Position numbers and translations under genes: made by a program. Under the pieces are notes generated by a model that saw only the letters and a list, made by a program, of their open reading frames with translations, was not told where the DNA came from and searched no databases. DNA of 20,353 nucleotides from a bacterium (GTDB lineage Bacteria > SZUA-182 > DTGQ01), in contig JBFMGO010000109.1 in assembly GCA_040752695.1 (NCBI GenBank), positions 1 to 20,353 on the forward strand, in the 5' to 3' direction. Shown here piece by piece: positions 1-8,229 of the stretch; the stretch's first letter is position 1; each line of letters starts with the position of its first letter.

Positions 1-1
1 C

Positions 2-1735
2 ATCTGGTTAGGAACGTCGATGGCAACTCCTCATGTCACCGGGCTGGCTGCCCTTCTCAAGGCGCAGGACCAGACCAGAGACTGGAAGGCTATAAGAAAC
101 CTCATCCTGTCAACAGGCGATGCATCGAGTTCCCTTCATGATACCGTTACCGGAAAGAGAATCAACGCTGAAAGAGCCTTGACTGCTCCTTCCGATGCAC
201 GGCTTTTTGCTGTGCTGAATCCGGCTGATTCAGGCATGACCGGCAAATTATATGCACTCTATAGCCCTATTGACATCGAAGTGCACGACATTTCAGTCGC
301 TGATCCGGCTGGTCCTGTAACCTGCACCATCAACAACACCGTAATAAACCTTTTGGACGACGGCATATTCCCTGACAAAGTCGCCGGAGATGGTGTTTTC
401 ACGGCCCGTTGGACACCGCCAAGAGTGGGTGAATTTTCACTGGTTGTGCAAAGCGGCTTCGACGGACAGAACACTGCGGTTAATGTCAGTGTCTGGCCAA
501 TGCCCCCGCGCTATACGATCAGTGAGATTCCCCATAGTTTCAACGACATCTCAACTACCGGTTGGAGGTTGTATATGGAGGATGAGGACATACGGTTTAT
601 ACCTTTCCCTGCCACTGTCTATGGATGGCCCTCCTCTGGTCTTTATGTGAACGACAACGGTAATGTAAGCGTCGATACCTGGCCAGACTGGGAAAACTGG
701 CCGCTTCCGACGAACCCGCTCATCGGCTATGGTAACGTGATAGCCCCCTTCTGGGATGATCTCGATCCACCGTCAGGAGATGATGTTTACGTTGAAATTC
801 AAGGTCCTTTGGGGAACCAAACGCTCACTATTCAATGGAATGATGTTCCTCATTGGAATCTATGGCCAAGCACCAATGGGATTACTTTTCAGGCGATATT
901 CCATGAGAACAATCCCGACATCGAATTCAGGTACCAAGATGTAGAGTTTGGCGACTTAAGCTATGACTCTGCCCGGTCTGCGACTGTAGGTATCCAGGGT
1001 TTTGTCGGGAGCGAACTCAATGCCACCCAGTTCAGTTACAATACTCCTTCTCTTAAGAATAACTACTCATTGCAGCTTACCGCATCAGAATTGGCTTATC
1101 CTTTGCTCAGCGTGGAGCCTGATTACCTTTATTTCGGGTATGTACTGAAAACGAAAAGCAATGATCAGCCGGTATACGTGTATAATAAAGGAAATATTCC
1201 TTTAACCCTTACCTCCCTCGCGATCAACGGCAGTAGTGAATATACCCTGGTCACTAAATTGCCTTACGGTGGTCTGCAAATTCCTGCTGGCGAGTATAGA
1301 AAGGTTATCGTAAGATACAGACCCGTTAACGATGGAGTGGACTATGCCAGCCTGATGGTGAGGAGCACCGCTGGAATATGCGCTCTGTCTGTCTATGGCG
1401 CGGGCATGAGCGCAGCCGATATCGATCTTTCAGGTGGCATGATTAACTTTGGAGAGGTCACTGTCGGCGATTCCTATGAACAAGAAGTAACGATCCGAAA
1501 TAATGGGAATGCCGGCCTCAGGATAGACAATATCGATGTCCAACCCCCATTCTCTATCCCAGGAGCGCTTCCTCCTTATATTGTAGCTCCGGGTTCATCC
1601 ATAACCCTCACACTGAGCTTCTCCCCTGAGTCTGAAGGCTCCTTCTCCTATCCCATGGCTATTTTCTCCAACGATCCGGATGAACCGGCGGTTGTTGTGC
1701 CACTGGCAGGAAGCGGTTCCACCTTATGGCCGTAA
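2..1735 (+). CDS. S8 (subtilisin-like) serine peptidase, 5'-truncated, with C-terminal accessory domains (choice-of-anchor X-like, NIDO-like, two ASH/choice-of-anchor D Ig-like domains)
   Basis: The frame is open from base 2 and reads IWLGTSMATPHVTGLAALL, the subtilase catalytic-Ser motif, so the ATG at 20 is internal. It is followed by LLDDGIFPDKVAGDGVFTA, a NIDO-like IAPFWDDL...FQAIF segment, and two FGxV...N.GN..L.I repeats ending SNDPDEP. Confidence 0.88.
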   Translation: MWLGTSMATPHVTGLAALLKAQDQTRDWKAIRNLILSTGDASSSLHDTVTGKRINAERALTAPSDARLFAVLNPADSGMTGKLYALYSPIDIEVHDISVADPAGPVTCTINNTVINLLDDGIFPDKVAGDGVFTARWTPPRVGEFSLVVQSGFDGQNTAVNVSVWPMPPRYTISEIPHSFNDISTTGWRLYMEDEDIRFIPFPATVYGWPSSGLYVNDNGNVSVDTWPDWENWPLPTNPLIGYGNVIAPFWDDLDPPSGDDVYVEIQGPLGNQTLTIQWNDVPHWNLWPSTNGITFQAIFHENNPDIEFRYQDVEFGDLSYDSARSATVGIQGFVGSELNATQFSYNTPSLKNNYSLQLTASELAYPLLSVEPDYLYFGYVLKTKSNDQPVYVYNKGNIPLTLTSLAINGSSEYTLVTKLPYGGLQIPAGEYRKVIVRYRPVNDGVDYASLMVRSTAGICALSVYGAGMSAADIDLSGGMINFGEVTVGDSYEQEVTIRNNGNAGLRIDNIDVQPPFSIPGALPPYIVAPGSSITLTLSFSPESEGSFSYPMAIFSNDPDEPAVVVPLAGSGSTLWP

Positions 1736-1815
1736 TCTTCAATTTCCGATTAGAGGCTCATAAGAGGTAGCTTTTTTGGCATTTTGCCTTGGAACGGCTA
1801 CCTCCAAAACTTACC

Positions 1816-1851
1816 GAGAGGCACCCGTACATTTTGCGGGTGCCTTTCTTT
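1816..1851 (+). terminator. Rho-independent terminator after the S8 gene
   Basis: Stem AGGCACCCGTA (1819-1829), loop CATTT, stem TGCGGGTGCCT (1835-1845, one G-U pair), followed by TTCTTT. Confidence 0.75.
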
Positions 1852-2039
1852 ATAATAGAGAGCAGCAGCATGAAGTCCCAATGGAGAGTATGAAAAAAAT
1901 TGCAGCAGGATATGGCATTATTTTTCATACTGCATTTATAACGTGTAAAATATCATGATATATTAATTATTTTAATTTAATTAATAATATATTTATTAAA
2001 TTAATTTTAAATATATTAAATAAAATAATTATTTAAATA

Positions 2040-2055
2040 TGGTATGTTTTTTGCA
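2040..2055 (+). promoter_or_regulatory. Sigma-54 (-24/-12) promoter of the C25 peptidase gene
   Basis: TGGTATGTTTTTTGCA has GG-N10-GC spacing and a TTGC -12 box. It follows a very AT-rich tract (about 1955-2040) and lies about 60 nt before ATG 2113. Confidence 0.7.
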
Positions 2056-2112
2056 TTATTTAAAAACCAAGATAGTCTTATTACCACATCAGCAACTGGA
2101 GAAAGTATTCTT

Positions 2113-5100
2113 ATGAAGAATATCAAGAGAATAATAGCCTATTCAGGATTGTCTCTTCTCATCTGGTTTTTTGTTCTTCTTAACGCCATCTTTTTTTCCG
2201 CACCAGCCAGGGCAGAAACAGGTAAGGTCGTTGATGCGGGGCCATGGGGATTGACCTTAGAGTATACCGCTTTAGATCTTCAAGTCAGGGAAAAAAAAGA
2301 AGGCGATACGGTGTACCAGGTCTTGACCGTGGCCGGTGCAGGAGCAACTCAGGATGCGGGAAAACCGCAGTTGCCAGCTCAAGGCTTCTTGATGGCTGTG
2401 CCTCCACAGGCTGAAGTAAAACTGGAAGTTCTGGAGCAGGAGGTGGAAGTTTTGGACGATACACTCATATATCCCGCTCCCAAAAGGATCATTGTGACCG
2501 AAGGTGCACAAACTTTCGTAAGGGAAGATTTTGTCCTTGATCCAAGCTGTTATGGTCGAGCCTGTGATGCCCGGAACCGGAACGTTCAAGCCAGTGAAGT
2601 TCAAGATCGCTGGATACCGCAGGAGGCTTTTAGTATCGATCTTGATGGCTGTCTCAGGTACCAGAGAGTAGCTCGTCTTTCCATCTACCCAGTTCAGTAT
2701 AACCCGGCTTTACGAAAAGCACGTTTTTACCGGAAGGCCAGACTCGGGATCCTTTTCGAGGAAGCCCCGCAAATTAGCATCCGGGAGCGTGACGCTTCTC
2801 CTGAGGATAAAGAAGGCTGGGAATCGATCCTTTGGAGATACAGAAAAGACTGTGAGCATATGCTGGAGCAGGCCCTGATTAACTACTCTTCGATCGAGGA
2901 TTACCCCCGGATCTTCATCCCTCAAGGCTTTTTCGATGCGCCAAAAATAAGGGAAGAAAAAGAAAGGGAAGGAAAAAGAAGAGAAAAATCATTCGCTTAT
3001 CGCCTGAAACCCCTGAAAGTTTCTCTTGAGCATGAAGGGATTTACCGCATTTTGGGATCAGATTTACAGACCGCTGGCTGGGACCTCCGTCTTTTGGTTC
3101 CCCAAAAATTAAAAATGTACCATCAGGGCAGGCAGATCCCGATCAGTATTTCCGGAGCGAAAGATGGGCTGCTTCAGCCGTCTGATCGGATAACTTTTTG
3201 GGGGGAAGCCATTGATTCTCGTTTTACCAGGACAAATATTTACTGGCTGTATCAGGAGGAGGAAGAAGGGGAAACTTTGCGAATCAGGGAGCAGGATGAA
3301 TCTTTTGTCCTTCCGGCAGCAGGGGGGGCGGATTATTTTATCGATCACCTGCACCTGGAGAAAAATCCGATCTACTGGCAGACCCTCCCCGGCCCGATCC
3401 AAAAAGACCGCTGGTTCTGGGAGAGATTGACTGCACCGGCAACGGTTGATATGTCCTTCTCCCTGTACCGGATTTCTGCTCTTTGGGATACCGCTGTCTT
3501 GAGGCTTTTCTTCCAGGGGAAAACCGATGTCCCTGCCACCAAACCGGATCATCATGTGATCATTTCCCTGAACGGGACGGTAATTGATGATTGTTCCTGG
3601 GATGGGCAGACGGAATATCTTCACCAGATGACCATATCCACTGCACTTTTGCGGGAGGGGAACAATGTGATTACCCTGAAAGCTCCCGACGATACCGGAG
3701 CCGCGGTCGACGCTTCTTATGTGAATTGGATCGAAGTGGATTATCCAAGATCGTTTATTGCTCAGGGTAATCAGTTGTTGTTTTCGGTTCAGGATGAAGG
3801 AAGGTATAAATTTAACATCGGAGGGTTCTCAAGAGGAGAAATCTTAGGTTTCAATATCACTGATCCTGAGAATATTCTGAAATTAAAGAACATTTCGGTT
3901 GAAACAGAAAGGGATTCCACTTTCAGGACTGCCTTTACCGTAGCGGTAAAGAGCGGTGAGCGGTACGCCGTTTTGAGTCCCGATGCCGAGAGGGTTCCAA
4001 TATCGATTGAACCGAGAGGTTCTTTTGTGCCTGACCAGGAGGAGAGTGCCCTGCGCTCGGCTGAGAATGGAGCGGATTACCTCATCATCACCCATCCTGA
4101 TCTTTTGAACAGCATCATCCCTTTGGCTGATTACCGGAAATCGCAAGGGCTGAGGGTAACGGTAGTGGATGTTCGGGATATCTACGATGAATTCTCCTTT
4201 GGAATCTTTGATCCAGAGGCCATTCGGGATTTTTTACGGTACTGTTTTCTGAACTGGACGCCTCCGGCACCGCTGTATGTACTTTTCGTGGGGGATGCGA
4301 ACATGGATTATCTGGATAACTATGAGACCAAAAGAATCAATCAGGTCCCCACGTCCATATACTATACGACCGATGTTGGCGAAACTCCCAACGATAACTG
4401 GTTTGTGTGTGTCAATGGAGAAGATATTCTGCCGGATATGTTTTTAGGGAGAATATCGGTCAGGACGGCGGCGGAAGTTCGGGCTGTGGTGGAAAAGATT
4501 ATTTCCTATGAGCGTCAGGAGAATCAGTCCTGGCATCAAAGAGCGCTTTTTGTTGCAGATAAAGCAGATCCCACTTTTAAAAGCATCGATGAGAGTCTTA
4601 TACAGGGGTTTTTACCTTCAAACTTCGAGGTGCAAAAAGTTTATGCAGCCGACTATGCCAAGGCTGAATCAGTGGCCGATCAAATAAAGGAAAAAATCTC
4701 CAATGGGTGCCTGATTACTATCTACTGCGGCCATGGTAATATCGATAAATGGGGATCGACCTATTTTAAATTGAGTGATATTCCACAGTTAGAGAATATC
4801 GACCGTCCGACCTTTGTCGTTCCCTTGACCTGCCTGAATGGTTTTTTCCCGCATCCCAAGCAAGACTGCTGCCTGGCCGAAGAGTTTTTGCGCGCCGAAA
4901 AAAAAGGTGCTCTTGCCTGCTGGGCTCCAGTCAACGTGAGCTATCCGCCGGATCAAAAATGGATGTCCGGGGAATTATTCGATCTTATCTTTAAGCAGGG
5001 AAACAATATCCTGGGTTCCTGCACTGCGGCTGCCCGGATAAATACCTATATCCAGCATAAAATTTCAGGTGAGGCCGCTCAAGACTATCTGCTTTTTGGT

Positions 5101-5706
5101 GACCCAGCCACCAGACTACAGGGAGAATATGGGCCGAAGATGAATGACCTGGTTACCTTGCGGCAGGGGAGTAATCTGCTTGGCTTGCCGGGGCGCGTTG
5201 CTTCCTCTGCCTGGAAGGCTGAAGACCTGTTGGAATATGCAGCCAGGCAGGGGATTTGGGTGCGGAAAATTTCGGGGTATGATCCTGACCTTGGGATATG
5301 GCAGACCGGAGTCTGGCAGAATGGATCTTTGAATGGAGACAATTTTGAGATTCTTCCCGGCAGGGGCTACCTTTTGTATGTTGACAAAAGTGATGATCAA
5401 TCACTCTCATTCCCCAGCACCGATTCTTACCCACGGTATACCTTACATGCAGGATGCAATCTGGTGAATTTTCCCGCTCCTCTTGGTGATTATACCTCAT
5501 ACGACCTGCTCAGGGAATTGGGCGAGGGGTATATGCTCGACCTTTTGAGGTATGAGGAGAGAAGCGGGAAATGGCAAAGAACGTATCCTTTTTTTGGCCA
5601 GCCCAGCGGTGAGGATTACCCAATAGAACAAAACAAGGGATATTTTATCTGGATGGCCAGAATCAGAAAATCCTGGAGGCCATACGTGTGGAACGGGAAC
5701 CCGTAG
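2113..5706 (+). CDS. C25 family (gingipain/PorU-like) cysteine peptidase with signal peptide, C25 propeptide and a duplicated C-terminal repeat domain
   Basis: Signal-like N-terminus MKNIKRII...APARA. Propeptide motifs GKPQLP and YPVQYNP. C25 core motifs ADYLIITH, DIYDEFSFG, YVLFVGDA and DMFLGRI. Catalytic His (YCGHG) and Cys (LTCLNGFF), and LFGDPA. Start moved from 2044 to 2113 because 2044 lies inside the sigma-54 motif and 2113 has GGAG upstream. Confidence 0.88.
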   Translation: MKNIKRIIAYSGLSLLIWFFVLLNAIFFSAPARAETGKVVDAGPWGLTLEYTALDLQVREKKEGDTVYQVLTVAGAGATQDAGKPQLPAQGFLMAVPPQAEVKLEVLEQEVEVLDDTLIYPAPKRIIVTEGAQTFVREDFVLDPSCYGRACDARNRNVQASEVQDRWIPQEAFSIDLDGCLRYQRVARLSIYPVQYNPALRKARFYRKARLGILFEEAPQISIRERDASPEDKEGWESILWRYRKDCEHMLEQALINYSSIEDYPRIFIPQGFFDAPKIREEKEREGKRREKSFAYRLKPLKVSLEHEGIYRILGSDLQTAGWDLRLLVPQKLKMYHQGRQIPISISGAKDGLLQPSDRITFWGEAIDSRFTRTNIYWLYQEEEEGETLRIREQDESFVLPAAGGADYFIDHLHLEKNPIYWQTLPGPIQKDRWFWERLTAPATVDMSFSLYRISALWDTAVLRLFFQGKTDVPATKPDHHVIISLNGTVIDDCSWDGQTEYLHQMTISTALLREGNNVITLKAPDDTGAAVDASYVNWIEVDYPRSFIAQGNQLLFSVQDEGRYKFNIGGFSRGEILGFNITDPENILKLKNISVETERDSTFRTAFTVAVKSGERYAVLSPDAERVPISIEPRGSFVPDQEESALRSAENGADYLIITHPDLLNSIIPLADYRKSQGLRVTVVDVRDIYDEFSFGIFDPEAIRDFLRYCFLNWTPPAPLYVLFVGDANMDYLDNYETKRINQVPTSIYYTTDVGETPNDNWFVCVNGEDILPDMFLGRISVRTAAEVRAVVEKIISYERQENQSWHQRALFVADKADPTFKSIDESLIQGFLPSNFEVQKVYAADYAKAESVADQIKEKISNGCLITIYCGHGNIDKWGSTYFKLSDIPQLENIDRPTFVVPLTCLNGFFPHPKQDCCLAEEFLRAEKKGALACWAPVNVSYPPDQKWMSGELFDLIFKQGNNILGSCTAAARINTYIQHKISGEAAQDYLLFGDPATRLQGEYGPKMNDLVTLRQGSNLLGLPGRVASSAWKAEDLLEYAARQGIWVRKISGYDPDLGIWQTGVWQNGSLNGDNFEILPGRGYLLYVDKSDDQSLSFPSTDSYPRYTLHAGCNLVNFPAPLGDYTSYDLLRELGEGYMLDLLRYEERSGKWQRTYPFFGQPSGEDYPIEQNKGYFIWMARIRKSWRPYVWNGNP

Positions 5707-5833
5707 AGTTCCTTCATTTTAACATGTCGATGATTCCTGAAATGGCACCTGACTCCTGACCCGCGCATGTATCATACACAAGTGTATATCTGTATATTTG
5801 CTGTCTTGCTCGTCAAAGCGGGAGCAGGGTAAT

Positions 5834-5870
5834 TATGAAATTTATTTCACACTGTATGAAACATATTTCA
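5834..5870. promoter_or_regulatory. Tandem palindromic sites, putative upstream activator sequences for a sigma-54 enhancer-binding protein
   Basis: TATGAAATTTATTTCA (5834-5849) and TATGAAACATATTTCA (5855-5870). Both fit TGAAA-N4-TTTCA, are 21 bp apart, and lie about 200 bp upstream of the -24 box at 6061. Confidence 0.55.
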
Positions 5871-6058
5871 TGTTAATTAATTTTCTATTTATTAGATAGT
5901 TCAATTTTAAGTTAATAATTAATTATTAACCATTAATAGAAGTTATACCATTCTCTTGGCCATAAGATATAACTATTAACATGAATCTCTTAAGATACAG
6001 ATTATTAGGGATACTTTAAAAAAGTTAAAGATCAGTTATATAGTATTATTCAGTTTAG

Positions 6059-6075
6059 TTGGTATGTTACTTGCT
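6059..6075 (+). promoter_or_regulatory. Sigma-54 (-24/-12) promoter of the RiPP precursor/operon
   Basis: TTGGTATGTTACTTGCT has GG-N10-GC spacing and shares TGGTATGTT..TTGC with the site at 2040. It is preceded by an AT-rich tract. Confidence 0.75.
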
Positions 6076-6156
6076 TAAATATAAAGCATAAGCTCACTAT
6101 TTTTTTCTTTTAACAACTAAAGGAACAGCAAGTATCCACAAAGGAGGATCAAACGA

Positions 6157-6315
6157 ATGAAGGAAGAAAAAGGACGTCTCAATAACTTGAATCAATCCCT
6201 GCCCGTATATGAACCGCCAACTATGATCACCTACTCAGAAGAGGAGTTGCTTGAAGAGATGGAGACAATGTCGGTTCAGGCTTGCACGAGTTTTACTTCA
6301 GCTATAAGCTGTTAA
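6157..6315 (+). CDS. Putative RiPP precursor peptide, 52 aa: MKEEKGRLNNLNQSLPVYEPPTMITYSEEELLEEMETMSVQACTSFTSAISC
   Basis: Translated by hand; shorter than any ORF in the track. Strong RBS AAGGAGG at 6141-6147. YEPPTM resembles the YxxPxL RRE-binding leader motif, followed by an acidic segment and a Cys/Ser/Thr-rich C-terminus. It is the first gene upstream of an RRE-rSAM/SPASM gene. Confidence 0.85.
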   Translation: MKEEKGRLNNLNQSLPVYEPPTMITYSEEELLEEMETMSVQACTSFTSAISC

Positions 6316-6519
6316 CGGATATTACAAATAGAAATCTCTGTGTATTACCGTTGTCAGCAGCCACTATGAGGGGCTTGAAGTACGCGAGCGTCTATCCCGA
6401 CAAAGAATTCTCCGTTCATAATCTCTCATTCCCCTTGGGAAAAGAAAGACAGAGGTATTTTGGGGTAGACTCTCAGTCTTGTGAGTCGCTCAATTGTTTT
6501 TTGTATGTAAGGCCCAAAA

Positions 6520-6598
6520 GCCATTTCGAGGAGCACAAGCGAAGGTAAATCTTGGAAGCTTCCCGCGATCCAAGATTCCTCGCTTTTCTCGGAATGAC
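6520..6598. repeat. Palindromic intergenic element (GTCATTCCGAG...AGATTCCTCGC...CTCGGAATGAC type)
   Basis: GCCATTTCGAG (6520-6530) pairs imperfectly with CTCGGAATGAC (6588-6598). AAGCGAAGGTAAATCTTGGA pairs with TCCAAGATTCCTCGCTT. Confidence 0.6.
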
Positions 6599-6759
6599 CA
6601 CCGGATTCCTTTGCTCATTAAGACATCATTCAGTCTGGTGTGGAAAGGCTGTCGGGGAAAATGCTTTTCATCCCGGCAGTTTTATTGCTCTTTTGGATTA
6701 CCACTGTTGTGGGGCTCTTAAGGAAAAATGTTTGAGCTAAAGATGAAGGTCAGTGATAA

Positions 6760-8229
6760 GTGACTAATTTTAAACCGAAAACTAGAGCTACATGCGTCGC
6801 AGCCGATGATCGGCATCGTTATATACTCTTGCATGCTGACAAACCTGTCTGGATGGTAATCAACGAAGTTGGACATAAAACATTCACTCTTTGTGACAGT
6901 CACAACAGTGTGGGACAGATTGCTCAACGGGTAAGTCAGACCTATGGTATGCCCCTTGATCTGGTACTTTCAGATGTCAAATTTTTTATCAGCCGGCTTG
7001 TACGTGAGGGCTTCATTCTTCCGCCCTGTCCACAGCAGTCATCACCAAAGCCTGTCGAGGGAGCGTTGCAGCCTTTTGAGGAAAACCGGCAACCTGTCGA
7101 GGAACCCCTGACAGTAAGAAAAGTGGAACTGAACATTACCGAAAACTGCAACTTACGATGCCGTCACTGCGCAGTTACCAGCGGGACAAAGAAGGAAGAC
7201 CGGCTCACTCTCGATCAGATCTTCAAAATCGTAGATGAAGCTCAGGTCTTAAAGGTGGAGTCTTTAACCATAAGCGGGGGTGAACCTCTCCTTCGGGAAG
7301 ACTCTTTTTCTATCCTTGCTTATGCTGCCCGGAGGATAACTACTACTTTGGCCACCAATGGGACTTTAATCGATGATAAGGCAGCCTCTGTTTTGTCTGA
7401 TCTGGATCTGAAAATACAGATCAGCCTCGATGGTCCCAATGAGGACATTCATGATTTCATGCGGGGTGAGAATGCCTTTCTGAAAACCATGCGGGCACTT
7501 GACCTCATGGGCAGGCTGGATGTTGGAAAAAAAGTTACCTTTTGTGCAGTAGTCAGCAAAAACAATCTCGGCCATATCCCTGCTCTGCTCAGGTTAGCTT
7601 CAGAAAAGGGAGTATCAGAAATAAGGTTTATTCCTTTACAGAATATGGGTATGGCCAGATCGCGTTGGCATGAACTCGCCCCATCCATGCAGGATTATGT
7701 TGAATTCTATAGCTATATGTACCAAAAAGCGTCAGCCGAGTTTCCGCACCTGCGCATAAGTCCGGGTTTTCAGGGATTTGTACTCCGTCATCCACCAGGT
7801 CAGGATTCCTGGTGCCAGATTGGGCGCATATTGACGATCGATGTTCGGGGCGATATTTACCCCTGCTCACTGTTCATGGAACCGGCATTCAGGCTCGGTA
7901 ACATCCGCAAGACAAGCCTGCAAAAGGCCATTGATTCACCAGCCATGAAAAGGATACGGGAAATATGCCTTTTGCGCAAAAGCTCAATCCCTGAATGCCA
8001 GCGGTGTCCATGGAGAAACTTCTGTCAGGGTGGGTGCCCCGGCAGCGTATATCAGGCAAAAGGCACTTTGCAGGCGGTTGATGATTTATGCCAGTTCAGG
8101 AAGCAATTTTATGCACAAGCCATTTTCACCCAGTCAGACAGAAAATCACGTCCACTGTCAAATACAGCAGGTGAAAGAGATGGAAGACACAAAGGAGATG
8201 GTGAAGACAGGGGAGATGTAGGTGGTTGA
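6760..8229 (+). CDS. Radical SAM/SPASM peptide maturase with N-terminal PqqD-like RRE
   Basis: CNLRCRHC (CxxxCxxC), SGGEPLL, TNGTL and ISLDG core motifs. SPASM cysteines CQIG...GDIYPC and CQRCPWRNFCQGGC...DLC. The N-terminal INEVG...LCD...DVKFFISRLVREGFI segment is PqqD-like. GTG start, directly after an in-frame TAA. Confidence 0.92.
   Translation: MTNFKPKTRATCVAADDRHRYILLHADKPVWMVINEVGHKTFTLCDSHNSVGQIAQRVSQTYGMPLDLVLSDVKFFISRLVREGFILPPCPQQSSPKPVEGALQPFEENRQPVEEPLTVRKVELNITENCNLRCRHCAVTSGTKKEDRLTLDQIFKIVDEAQVLKVESLTISGGEPLLREDSFSILAYAARRITTTLATNGTLIDDKAASVLSDLDLKIQISLDGPNEDIHDFMRGENAFLKTMRALDLMGRLDVGKKVTFCAVVSKNNLGHIPALLRLASEKGVSEIRFIPLQNMGMARSRWHELAPSMQDYVEFYSYMYQKASAEFPHLRISPGFQGFVLRHPPGQDSWCQIGRILTIDVRGDIYPCSLFMEPAFRLGNIRKTSLQKAIDSPAMKRIREICLLRKSSIPECQRCPWRNFCQGGCPGSVYQAKGTLQAVDDLCQFRKQFYAQAIFTQSDRKSRPLSNTAGERDGRHKGDGEDRGDVGG
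7051..7113 (+). repeat. Three imperfect 21-nt repeats (PVEGALQ/PFEENRQ/PVEEPLT) in the RRE-rSAM linker
   Basis: cctgtcgaggga at 7051, ccttttgaggaa at 7072 and cctgtcgaggaa at 7093. Confidence 0.6.

Noticed and set aside
2044..2112. Called start of the C25 gene at 2044
   Set aside because: It lies within the sigma-54 motif. ATG 2113 has GGAG upstream and gives a signal-peptide-like N-terminus.
6282..6740. Track ORFs 6282-6548, 6494-6721 and 6552-6740 as precursor candidates
   Set aside because: No clear RBS or leader motif. They overlap the better-supported 6157-6315 ORF and/or the palindromic repeat.
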